Shown here: positions 26,745 to 37,940 of the stretch, in pieces | Numbering within the stretch: position 1 is the stretch's first letter | How the letters are laid out: each line of letters begins with the position of its first letter | Assembly: GCF_963921235.1 (NCBI RefSeq) | Contig: NC_086097.1 | Span: forward strand, 117,058,001 to 117,122,000 | Origin: Mobula hypostoma | Lineage: Eukaryota | DNA length: 64,000 nucleotides | Reading direction: 5' to 3' | Program-made: the position numbers and the translations under genes | The notes under the pieces: generated by a model | The model's database searches: none | Told to the model about the DNA's origin: nothing | What the model saw: only the letters and a program-made list of their open reading frames with translations

Positions 26745-27000
26745 CATGGTAGTATGGATAGCACATTGCTTTACAGTACAGGCGACCCAGGTTCAATTCC
26801 CACCACTGCCTGTAAGGAGTTTGTGTCTTCTCCCTGTGACCGCATGGCTTTCCTCTTTCAGGCCAAAGACGCACCAGTTGGTGGGTTAATTGGTCTTTGT
26901 AAATTGTCCCATGATTAGGCTAGGACTAAATTGAGGGATTGCCAGGTGGCATGGCTTGAAGAGACAGATGGGCCTATTTTGCATTGTATCTCAATAAAAT
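26740..27000 (+). mobile_element. V-SINE (HE1-like)
   Basis: B box GGTTCAATTCC, V-domain, same tail as 9233-9515. Confidence 0.8.
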
Positions 27001-27849
27001 GAAATTATAAACTTCAGGCATCTTTGTTCGATCCAGGTTTGCTCATTCTCACAGTGACTGCATGGGGTTCTTCCCAAATCCTAATGGTGCATCTTACTGT
27101 TAATAGTAAAGGCAGATTTGAAGGGCATGTATGAGGGAGAATATGTTCTAGGTGTACAACAGAAAGAGAAGAGCAACAGGACTGATGAGACTGATACTGT
27201 GTGAACTGAGATATATCCAATAGGATGAATTGCCTTCCTCTGAATTTTCATAATTATAAGCTACAAATTAGTAGAACTGTTTTTCCTACATTGTTTCTAT
27301 TGAACCCTTTCATAATCACTGATCAGCCTCAAGAGAATTGAGCCCAAGACTACTCAACTGAAGATATATAACTTCAAGTTTCTGATGATGATAGACTTGA
27401 ATATTTATCCTGTACTTTCACCGGTGTCTCCATACACTTTCGTTTATAAAACCAAAGATGCAGTATTAGATTCTCAGTTGATATTCTTCAGAAGGGAACT
27501 TAATCAAAAAGAGAGGTTTGTAAGCTTGAGACCACTCTTATTGAAATAGAAAAGGTAATAAAGATATTTAATAAAGTTTTTAAAATTGTAAAAGCGTTTT
27601 ATAGTGATAAATGTAATGGAGAGGGGCAACTGTCTGTCTGAACATTTGGAAAAATAATAACATGCAGAAAGTTAATATAGCTTGTAGTTTATGCAGCAAC
27701 TAATGCATTGCCTAATACAAGTCACTTAAATCAAAGGAAGGTACTGTATATGACCATGGACGGAACAGATTCATGAAATTAGTCTGGATATGCTCACTAA
27801 TGCAAATTTCTACATTTCTGCATTCTATATTTTTATCCATTTCACAACA

Positions 27850-29037
27850 AAGATGCATACATCAGTATGCTCGTTATCTGTTACAGCTCAGCATTTAACA
27901 TCGCCATTCCTCAAAACTAATCAGTAAACTCCAAGACCTGGGCTTCAATACCCCCTTGTGCAATTGAATCCTGGATTTCCTCACTTGTAGACCCCAGTCA
28001 GTTTGGATTGGCAAAAACTTCTCCTCCACAATATCCATCAGCACAGGAGTACCTCAAGGGTGTGTACTCAGCCCCCTGCTCTACCCGCTTTACATCTATG
28101 ACTTTGTGGCCAAGTACAGCTCCAACAGCATATTCAAGTTTGCTGATCACACCATTGTTGTGAACCATATCAAAGATGGTGATGAATCAGCATACAAAGA
28201 GGAGACTGAAAACTTGGCTGAGTGGTGTCATAAGAAGAACCTTTCATTCAATGTCAATAAGTCCAAGGAACTGACCGTAGACTTCAGGAGAGTGAAGCCA
28301 GAGGCTCAGGAGCCAATAATCATGGGAGGATCAGAGGTGGAGAGGGTTACATTTAAATTCCTGAGTGTCACTGTCTCAGAGGAACTGTCCTGGACCCATC
28401 ATATAAATATTATTGTGAAGAAAGCACGACAGTATCTCTATTTCCTCAGGAGTTTGCAGAGGCTCAGCATGCCATCAAAAACCTTGGCAAATATCTATAG
28501 ATGTGTGGTGGAAAGTGTGTTGACTGGCTGCATTATAGTCTGAAATGGGAATATCAATGCCTTTGAGTAGAAAATCCTACAAACGGTAGTGGGTTCAGCC
28601 CAATACATCACGGGTAAAACCCTCCCAATCGTTGAGGAGATCTATATGAAATATTGCAGTAGAAAAGCAGCATCCATCACCAGGGATCCTCACCACCCAG
28701 GCCATGCTCTTTTCTCATTGTTGCCATCAGGTAGAAGGCACAGGTGTCTCAGGACTCATACCATCAGGTTCAAGAACAGTTACTACCCCTCAATTGTCAG
28801 TCTGTTGAACAAAAGGGGATAGCTACACTCATTTAAGGACTCTGTTATATTGTTATTTCTTGTTATTTATTGCTATTTATTTATATCTGCATTTGCACAA
28901 TTTGTTTAGAGTTTACGGTTCCTGATGTTCACAGTTTACAGACATTGTTCTACAGACTTGCTAAGTATGCCAGCAGGAAAAGAATCTCAGAGTTGTATGT
29001 GGTGACATATATGCACTCTGACAATAAATTTTACTTT
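27850..29037 (+). mobile_element. Rex1/Babar LINE, 5'-truncated RT and 3' UTR
   Basis: [64 protein letters not shown]. Confidence 0.85.
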
Positions 29038-30286
29038 GAACTGTTAACAAATTAAAATTTCAGGGATCACTTATTACAAAGAAAAACTTTGCTACTTTTG
29101 ATGTTTAAATAAATAAAATAAAACCAAGTTATAAATTTATTAAGTGAAGAGCAAAAAAGACTGCAGATTCTGAAAATAAAAATAAAATCTCTGGGATTAC
29201 TCAGTAAGTCAGGCCACACTTGTAGCAAGAAAATCCGAATTAATATTCTGACAAGGTTTTCAACCTGAAATGTTAACTTTGTTTCACTTCCCACAGAAAC
29301 TTGCTGAATATTTCAAACCATTTTTTTGTTCTTAGTTATCAAAAATGTATTGATTTGTCTTCCAGTCTATAGCTGGTGCAGCAATTTGACTGAGTACGGA
29401 TTAGATTTACTGACATGGATTAAGTGAACTTAAAAGCAAAGTCCCGAACACAACTTTGATTTAGGAGCTGAATCATATGCTCTGTATTGCTGAATATTCC
29501 TCTTTGACACCAATCGCCTATCATTCCACCGGCATATCTATGTAACCATCTATGCCTCAAACTCTCTATCAATTTATCAAATTGTTTTGGTGTGTTTATG
29601 AAGAATTCCGGTACGTATGAATTGGGAGTTTATTCATAGCATGGCTGATTCAATTGCTGCCCATACATCATGATAAATTCATGTTGATTGCCTTGTCAGA
29701 GATGATATGAACATCCTTGTTTTGTTTCTGGGTGACTCTTCCACACTAGGAGGATTGGCATACGCTTCCCCCTACTGTTGAGTGGTCTCAAGCTCACAAA
29801 AGGGCATATAGCATCAAACGTCAAATCACTGAAGAAGTAGGGTTAGTTGTGATTGGCCTGTGGCACATTTTACCTTAAGAGCTAGCTGTGCTGCAGTCAG
29901 GCATGCAGAGTACCTATACTGCAAATGCCACATCTATTTACACTGACAACATGAAGCATACTGCAATTGTCATTCACAAATCATTGACCTCCTGCTACAT
30001 GCTCAGACCCTTTGGCATTGTTTTATGAGGTAAGAGTTTAGGACATGCTTGTCTGTCACTTATATTTGCAAATAACTATCGGAGTGGAATGAAGACATAA
30101 CTTCCCAGTGCCTTGAAAGTACTGCAATTTTGGTTCCAGAATATAACTTTGAACCTTAAAGTTTTATTTCTGTTTGACATGGTATATAGTATGCTTAGCA
30201 TCTACTCAAGTGAAGATCTGCATTCTAGTCTTTTGCTTTAAGACAAATCTAAAGATTGCCAGGATTGCAGCATCTATGATCTAAGG

Positions 30287-30524
30287 CAGTGGTCCCCAAC
30301 CACCTGGCCGCAGACCGGTACTGGGCCGCAAAGCATGTGCTATCGGGCTGCGAGGAAACGATATGATTTGACTATATGAAACAATATGAGTCAGCTGCAC
30401 CTTTCCTCATTCCCTGTCATGCACCGTTGAACTTGAACACCGCCCCCCCACCCCATCGGCCAGTTCGCGAGAATATTGTCAATATTAAACCAGTCCGCTG
30501 TGCAAAAAAGGTTGGAGACCCCTG
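30287..30524. mobile_element. hAT (Charlie-type) MITE, 238 bp
   Basis: TIRs CAGTGGTCCCCAACC / GGTTGGAGACCCCTG (13/15); perfect 8-bp TSD ATCTAAGG at 30279-30286 and 30525-30532. Confidence 0.9.
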
Positions 30525-30579
30525 ATCTAAGGAATATAAGGAGATAATGTGAGTGAGAGAACTGGGAAAGGGAAAGCAT

Positions 30580-31068
30580 GACCTCATCAAGTTGGAGGAG
30601 CCGCACTTTATATTCCGTCTGAGTAACGTCCAACCTGATAGCATGAACATCGATTTGTCAAACTTCTGGTAATTGCCCCCTCTTCACCATACCCCATTCC
30701 GTTTTCCATCTCTCACCTTATCTCCTTACCTGCCCATCACCTCCCTTTGGTGCTCCTTCCCCTCCCCCTCTTTTATCTTTCTTCCATGGCCTTCTGACCT
30801 CTCCTATCAGATTCCCACTTCTCCTACCCTTCATCGCTTTCATCAAATCAGCTTCCCAGCTCTGTACGTCACTCCCTCCCCCTCTCCCAGATTCACCTGT
30901 CACCTACTGCCTTATACTCCCTCCTCCCCTCCTCTCATCCTCTTACTCTGCCTCCTCATCCTTTTCTCTCCATTCCTGATGAAGGGTCTCAGCCAGAAAC
31001 GTCGACTGTTTACTCTTTTCCATGGATGCTGCCTGGCCTGCTGAGTTCTTCAGCATTTAGTGTGTGTC
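30580..31068 (+). mobile_element. Penelope-like element 3' end (GIY-YIG C-terminus, pyrimidine-rich UTR, hammerhead)
   Basis: KLEEPHFIFRLSNVQPDSMNIDLSNF* followed by CTGATGA...GAAACGTC. Confidence 0.8.
30971..31008 (+). ncRNA. Minimal type I hammerhead ribozyme motif
   Basis: CATTC-CTGATGA-AGGGTCTCAGCCA-GAAA-CGTC-GACTG: core intact, palindromic ACGT stem III. Confidence 0.7.
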
Positions 31069-31474
31069 ACCTCCTCATTAGTCCTCTTGTACTATTTTGC
31101 TTATTTTGTAGCTTACAGGTTTTTAAAACAATTTTCACTGCACTGCTGCCACAAAGCAACAAATTTCACAAGAGATGTCTCTAACAAAAAACATGATTCA
31201 GATTCTGGCTTCACTCTGCCTCATTGTCTATATCTTAATGATTTTGCATACTGCTTCATTGAAATGACCCCCTTTCTTTAATCTTCTACCCTCTCCGTCA
31301 AGAGACAATCACAAACTCACAGAATGACTGCAACAAAAAAATGAGGCCAGACAGCCCATTTCATTCATACTGTTTTATATCCATCCTACACCATCCTTCG
31401 AATGCCATGCAGTCAAGAAGTTTTAATATCTTCTGAGTGCACAGGACACACATCAACATTCAACAAGTTATATA

Positions 31475-32030
31475 CACCTTCTGGCCACTTTATTAAGTCC
31501 TTCTTGTATCTAACGAAGTGGCCACTGAGTATATGTTCGTTGTCTTCTGCTGTTGTAGCCCATCCATCCAAGATTCAATGTGCTGTGCACTCAGAAATGG
31601 TCTTCTGCACACCACTGTTGTAGCACATAGTTATTCGAGTTACTGTCACCTTCCAGTCAGCTTGAACCAGTTTGTCATTCTCCTCACAGCCCCCTCATTA
31701 ACATGGTGTTTTTGCCCACAGATCTACTGCTTGCTAGATGTTTTTTTTTCTTGCACTATTCTCTGTAAATGCTAGAGATGGTTGTGCATGAAAATACCAG
31801 GAGATCAGCAGTTTCTGAGAGACACAAACCTCCCCATATGGCACCATCCATCACTCCATGGTTAGCTACTTTGGTGACATTCCATCCTCATTCTGATGTA
31901 TAGTCTGAAAAACAAATGAACTTCTTGACTATGTCTGCATGCTTTTATGCTTTGAGTTGCTGCTACATGACTGGCTGATTAGATATTTGCATTAATGAGC
32001 AGGTATACAGGTGCTCCTAATAAAGTGGCA
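31475..32030 (-). mobile_element. Internally deleted Tc1-like transposon
   Basis: Reverse-complement homologue of 25661-26209. Confidence 0.8.
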
Positions 32031-32204
32031 AATCATTCTAAGGTAGATAAATATTTGGATGGGTAAAGTAATCAACTGCTGTTGAAAACCCAATTTGTGT
32101 TGCTTCTTGTTGACATCACAAGACTAGTGGAATGCTTAAGTTGTCAACAAACTATAAAAATTCAATAAACTAGTAGAGGAAGGCCAAGTAAAAGAGCCTG
32201 AAGG

Positions 32205-32490
32205 ATCATTGGGAACCCCAGTTACCCCATCCTGCTACTGTCCGGGAAACGGTACCGCAGCATAAAAACCAGGACCAACAGACTCTGGGACAGCTTCTTC
32301 CACCAGGCCATCAGACTGACTCAATCATGCTGATACAATTGTATTTCTATATTATATTGACTATCCTGTTGTATATACTATTTATTATAAATTACTATAA
32401 AGCGCACTTTGCACATTTAGATGAAGACGTAACATAAGGATTTTTACTCCTTTTGTATATGAAGGATGTAAGTAAAAAAGTCAATTCAAG
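32205..32490 (+). mobile_element. Rex1/Babar 3' end
   Basis: LLLSGKRYRSIKTRTNRLWDSFFHQAIRL. Confidence 0.7.
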
Positions 32491-35176
32491 TGAGTTCAGT
32501 TCAAGATCTGGCAAATGGAGTATTTATAATGCAAGAAAATGTGAAATGGTCAACCTTGTTGCAAAACGAAACCCATTAAAGAGGCATATTTTTTTGTGGT
32601 GTAGAGGAACTGGGACATCCCAGTATATAAGTCAAAATGTCTGTAATGCAGGTAGATTAATTAATTAGGATTAATTCATTAATTAAGAAAGTAATCAGAA
32701 TTTGATTGATTGTTGTGGTGATATGACATGTAAGAACGTGATTAGAGAGAGTTCTGAGCATGCGCAGGGATGATAGACAGATCGAGAAACATGGCATTGT
32801 AAAAACTTTGTGGTTGTAGTAAAATAAAAGTTTTATTTCTTCCAGAAGATGGTTCTTTATTAGTAACCCATGGTACGTATGAATATAAAGGACACAACAT
32901 GATGTCAGAGGTCTGTCTGGAAAAATAATACGTTTCCTAACACAGGAGAATCGAAGATAATTTTCTGAAAAAAGATTTCAAACTGTTTGGGTGTTTGCTA
33001 ACAGTTTTACAAATGGAAAGTTTGTAGCCTCCACCGACACTTCAACTGTCTAGGAACGTAGCTGAGAAATGGAGAAAATTTAAGCAACATTTTGAATTGT
33101 ATGTATCGGCGATCGATGGGGATCGAAAACCAGAGAAAACAGAAGCTGCACTTTTACTTCACATAATAAGTAACTATGCAATTGCGGTATATAATAATTT
33201 TATTTTTGAAAATGGAGATAATTTAGAGTTAAAATCGATAATGGACAAATTTAAAGCATTTTGTATACCGAAGCATAATGTGACGTATGAGCAGCATAGA
33301 TTTTTTACATGTACGCAGAGAGCTGGTGAAACTGTTGATCAATATGTTGATATGTACCTTTAACACTCCTTTTGCTAGACACTGTTTTCTTTGGCTTCCA
33401 TTTGGAATTGCATCAGCTCCTGAAGTGTACCGTAAAACCATTCACACGCTATATGAGCACATTCATGGACGATATTATTGTTTGGGGATCATCTAAACAA
33501 GAGCATGAAGCCAGACTCAGACAAGTCTTTGAGGCAACACGCAAGGCAAACCTGAAGTTGAATAAAGACAACTGTCAGCTAGGAGTGACTGAACTTACTT
33601 TTGTGGGTGATATCAGCAATGAAGATGTGTGTCCTGATCCATTGAAGGTTTCTGCTATTGAGAACATGCCAGGACTGCATGTAAAAAGGATGTTCAAAGA
33701 TTCCTGGGAATGGTCAACTACATGGGAAAATTCATACCCAATATTTCAGAACAGCTTGCTGCATTGAGGCAGCTACCAGAAAAGAGAAACGAATGGAGCT
33801 GGAATCATGAGCAGGAGAAGGCAAGGCAAAATCTCAAGAAAGTGCTCACTAAAGAACCTGCGTTGAAATTCTGTGATAGTGAGAGACCCATCAAAATCTC
33901 ATGTGCATCGGAATCAGGCTTAGGGACAGTATTACTCCAGAAACATGATAAGGAATGGCATCTCGCTCATTGTCCGATCCAGAAACAAGGTATGTCCAAA
34001 TTGAAAAAGAATTGCTCAGCATCATGTTTGCTTGCGAGAGATTTCATCAGTTTGTGTCAGGGCAATCTACTGATGTTCAAACTGATCGTAAGCCTCTGAT
34101 TGTGTTGTTTCACAAACCTTTAAGTGACAGTCCTTTGCGAATTCAGCGAATGATGATCAAATTGCAAAGGTATGCATTGAATGTGTCATACACACCTGGA
34201 AAATTCATGTACACGGCTGACATACTTTCCAGAGCTGTGGATCCAACAACAAAAAAACAGTCACAGGAATGCTGTTGATATTCAGGCATTTGTCGATATG
34301 CTCATAGAGACTGCACCTGTTGCTCTCGAAAAGTTGGAACTGCTGCGTCTTGAGACAGAGAAGGATAAAATTCTCAGTCAAGTAATACAAGTGGTGATGT
34401 GTGGATGGATAGCCAGATAATAAGCATGAGTGTACCTCAGAAGTACAATAATAATGGAACCACAGATCAGAACTCTCTGTTGTGGATGGGATATTGTACA
34501 AAGTTAGTAGAATTGTGATTCCTAAAATTCTCCGAAGAGAAATGTTTGGGAAAATTCATGAAGGCAACCTAAGTGTTGCAAAATGTAAGGGAAGGGCACA
34601 GGAAGTGCTGTTTTGGCCCAGGATGAATCAAGAAATTGCAGAATTTGTGTTGTGTTGTCAAATATGCCTTAAATACCAACCTAGCAACCCTAAAGAGCTA
34701 CAGCTTCCACATCCTAGTCCTCAGAGACCTTATCAGAAGGAAGGTGTTGATCTTTTTGTAACTGACAACAAAGATTATCTATTAATAACAGATTACTACT
34801 CATTGTATCCTGAAGTTTGTGGTCTGAGCAGAACAACAACAGAGAATATAATTACATGCACGAAATCAGTTTTTTCCAGACATAGTGTGTCACGTGTCCA
34901 GCAACAATGAATATATAATTGAATCAGGTTTTATAAACAAACATAAACATTTATTAAACTCCGCTCAACAATAGTGAAAAGTATTCAAATGAATAACTTA
35001 ACCGGAAGTTAACTGCTATATGGCAACTCTGGAACAGTTCTTAAAGTGGTAAATTCGAACACAGTCTTAAAGTGGTAAATTCGAAAGTCCAAGCGATTTA
35101 TACAGTCAGTAAGGAGAGACTTCTCTGAAATTGATTTCTTTGAAGACTTGAAGTTACTGCTGATCCCAGCCGAGAG

Positions 35177-37843
35177 ATGCCATCCAAAGAATTCACGATG
35201 AAGGAAATAAAATGGCTTAAAGGAATGAACTTTTTCCTGGATGGTGAACACTGCACTGCAATAGAAAGGAAAGACATAAGCCGGGAAGATGTGGAATCGA
35301 TATGGGTAGAACTGCGTAACACTAAGGGGCAGAAGACGCTGGTGGGAGTTGTGTACAGGCCACCTAACAGTAGTAGTGAGGTCGAAGATGGTATTAAACA
35401 GGAAATTAGAAATGTGTGCAATAAAGGAACAGCAGTTATAATGGGTGACTTCAATCTACATGAAGACTGGGTGAACCAAATTGGTAAAGGTACTGAGGAA
35501 GAGGATTTCTTGGAAAGTATGCGGGATGGTTTTTTGAACCAACATGTTGAGGAACCAACTAGAGAGCAGGCTATTCTGGACTGGGTTTTGAGCAATGAGG
35601 AAGGGTTAATTAGCGATCTTGTCGTGAGAGGCCCCTTGGGTAAGAGTGACCATAATATGGTGGAATTCTTCATTAAGACGGAGAGTGACATAGTTAATTC
35701 AGAAACAAAGGTTCTGAACTTAAAGAGGGGTAACTTTGAAGGAATGAGACGTGAATTAGCTAAGATAGACTGGCAAATGACACTTAAAGGATTGACGGTG
35801 GATATGCAATGGCAAGCATTTAAAGGTTGCATGGATGAACTACAACAATTGTTCATCCCAGTTTGGCAAATGAATAAATCAAGGAAGGTAGTGCACCCGT
35901 GGCTGACAAGAGAAATTAGAGATAGTATCAATTCCAAAGAAGAAGCATACAAATTAGCCAGAGAAAGTGGCTCACCTGAGGACTGGGAGAAATTCAGAGT
36001 TCAGCAGAGGAGGACAAAGGGCTTAATTAGGAAGGGGAAAAAAGATTATGAGAGAAAACTGGCAGGGAACATAAAAACGGACTGTAAAAGCTTTTATAGA
36101 TATGTAAAAAGGAAAAGACTGGTAAAGACACATGTAGGTCCCCTGCAGACAGAAACAGGTGAATTGATTATGGGGAGCAAGGACATGGCAGACCAATTGA
36201 ATAATTACTTTGATTCTGTCTTCATTAAGGAGGACATAAATAATCTTCCAGATATAGTAAGGGACAGAGGGTCCAGTGAGATGGAGGAACTGAGCGAAAT
36301 ACATGTTAGTAGGGAAGTGGTGTTAGGTAAATTGAAGGGATTGAAGGCAGATAAATCCCCAGGGCCAGATGGTCTGCATCCTAGAGTGCTTAAGGAAGTA
36401 GCCCAAGAAATAGTGGATGCATTAGTGATAATTTTTCAAAACTCGTTAGATTCTGGACTAGTTCCTGAGGATTGGAGGGTGGCTAATGTAACGCCACTTT
36501 TTAAAAAAGGAGGGAGAGAGAAACCAGGGAATTATAGACCGGTTAGCCTAACGTCGGTGGTGGGGAAACTGCTGGAGTCAGTTATCAAGGATGTGATAAC
36601 AGCACATTTGGAAAGCGGTGAAATGATCGGACAAAGTCAGCATGGATTTGTGAAAGGAAAATCATGTCTGACGAATCTCATAGAATTTTTTGAGGATGTA
36701 ACTAGTAGAGTGGATAGGGGAGAATCAGTGGATGTGGTATATTTGGATTTTCAAAAGGCTTTTGACAAGGTCCCACACAGGAGATTAGTGTGCAAACTTA
36801 AAGCACACGGTATTGGGGGTAAGGTATTGGTGTGGGTGGAGAATTGGTTAGCAGACAGGAAGCAAAGCGTGGGAATAAACGGGACCTTTTCAGAATGGCA
36901 GGCGGTGACTAGTGGGGTACCGCAAGGCTCAGTGCTGGGACCCCAGTTGTTTACAATATATATTAATGACTTGGATGAGGGAATTAAATGCAGCATCTCC
37001 AAGTTTGCGGATGACACGAAGCTGGGTGGCAGTGTTAGCAGTGAGGAGGATGCTAAGAGGATGCAGGGTGACTTGGATAGGTTGGGTGAGTGGGCAAACT
37101 CATGGCAGATGCAATTTAATGTGGATAAATGTGAAGTTATCCACTTTGGTGGCAAAAATAGGAAAACAGATTATTATCTGAATGGTGGCCGATTAGGAAA
37201 AGGGGAGGTGCAACGAGACCTGGGTGTCATTATACACCAGTCATTGAAAGTGGGCATGCAGGTACAGCAGGCGGTGAAAAAGGCGAACGGTATGCTGGCA
37301 TTTATAGCGAGAGGATTCGAGTACAGGAGCAGGGAGGTACTACTGCAGTTGTACAAGGCCTTGGTGAGACCACACCTGGAGTATTGTGTGCAGTTTTGGT
37401 GCCCTAATCTGAGGAAAGACATCTTTTCCATAGAGGGAGTACAGGGAAGGTTCACCAGATTGATTCCTGGGATGGCAGGACTTTCATATGAAGAAAGACT
37501 GGATGAACTGGGCTTGTACTCGTTGGAATTTAGAAGATTGAGGGGGGATCTGATTGAAACGTATAAGATCCTAAAGGGATTGGACAGGCTAGATGCAGGA
37601 AGATTGTTCCCGATGTTGGGGAAGTCCAGAACGAGGGGTCACAGTTTGAGGATAGAGGGGAAGCCTTTTAGGACCGAGATTAGGAAAAACTTCTTCACAC
37701 AGAGAGTGGTGAATCTGTGGAATTCTCTGCCACAGGAAACTGTTGAGGCCAGTTCATTGGCTATATTTAAGAGGGAGTTAGATATGGCCCTTGTGGCTAC
37801 GGGGGTCAGGGGGTATGGAGGGAAGGCTGGGGCGGGGTTCTGA
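35177..37843 (+). CDS. 888-aa open frame: ~27 LTR-derived residues fused to CR1 ORF2 (partial APE plus intact RT)
   Basis: ORF track; GDFN, SDH, PQGSVLGP, KFADD with no stops; endonuclease N-terminus missing. Confidence 0.8.
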   Translation: MPSKEFTMKEIKWLKGMNFFLDGEHCTAIERKDISREDVESIWVELRNTKGQKTLVGVVYRPPNSSSEVEDGIKQEIRNVCNKGTAVIMGDFNLHEDWVNQIGKGTEEEDFLESMRDGFLNQHVEEPTREQAILDWVLSNEEGLISDLVVRGPLGKSDHNMVEFFIKTESDIVNSETKVLNLKRGNFEGMRRELAKIDWQMTLKGLTVDMQWQAFKGCMDELQQLFIPVWQMNKSRKVVHPWLTREIRDSINSKEEAYKLARESGSPEDWEKFRVQQRRTKGLIRKGKKDYERKLAGNIKTDCKSFYRYVKRKRLVKTHVGPLQTETGELIMGSKDMADQLNNYFDSVFIKEDINNLPDIVRDRGSSEMEELSEIHVSREVVLGKLKGLKADKSPGPDGLHPRVLKEVAQEIVDALVIIFQNSLDSGLVPEDWRVANVTPLFKKGGREKPGNYRPVSLTSVVGKLLESVIKDVITAHLESGEMIGQSQHGFVKGKSCLTNLIEFFEDVTSRVDRGESVDVVYLDFQKAFDKVPHRRLVCKLKAHGIGGKVLVWVENWLADRKQSVGINGTFSEWQAVTSGVPQGSVLGPQLFTIYINDLDEGIKCSISKFADDTKLGGSVSSEEDAKRMQGDLDRLGEWANSWQMQFNVDKCEVIHFGGKNRKTDYYLNGGRLGKGEVQRDLGVIIHQSLKVGMQVQQAVKKANGMLAFIARGFEYRSREVLLQLYKALVRPHLEYCVQFWCPNLRKDIFSIEGVQGRFTRLIPGMAGLSYEERLDELGLYSLEFRRLRGDLIETYKILKGLDRLDAGRLFPMLGKSRTRGHSLRIEGKPFRTEIRKNFFTQRVVNLWNSLPQETVEASSLAIFKRELDMALVATGVRGYGGKAGAGF

Positions 37844-37940
37844 GTTGGATGATCAGCCATGATCATAATAAATGGCGGTGCAGGCTCGAAGGGCCAAATG
37901 GCCTACTTCTGCACCTATTTTCTATGTTTCTATGTTTCTA
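35257..37940 (+). mobile_element. Young 5'-truncated CR1 LINE inserted in the Gmr1-like LTR
   Basis: LTR sequence resumes at 37941 in register with the intact LTR; (TTTCTATG)n tail. Confidence 0.95.

Noticed and set aside
30673..31044. 123-aa Pro/Ser/Leu-rich ORF
   Set aside because: Translation of the pyrimidine-rich Penelope UTR
35098..35952. 284-aa and other antisense ORFs over CR1
   Set aside because: Antisense shadows of an intact ORF2
35177..37843. 888-aa ORF as a domesticated host gene
   Set aside because: It has a LINE tail, is 5'-truncated, sits in an LTR and has a near-identical sibling; recent insertion explains the open frame
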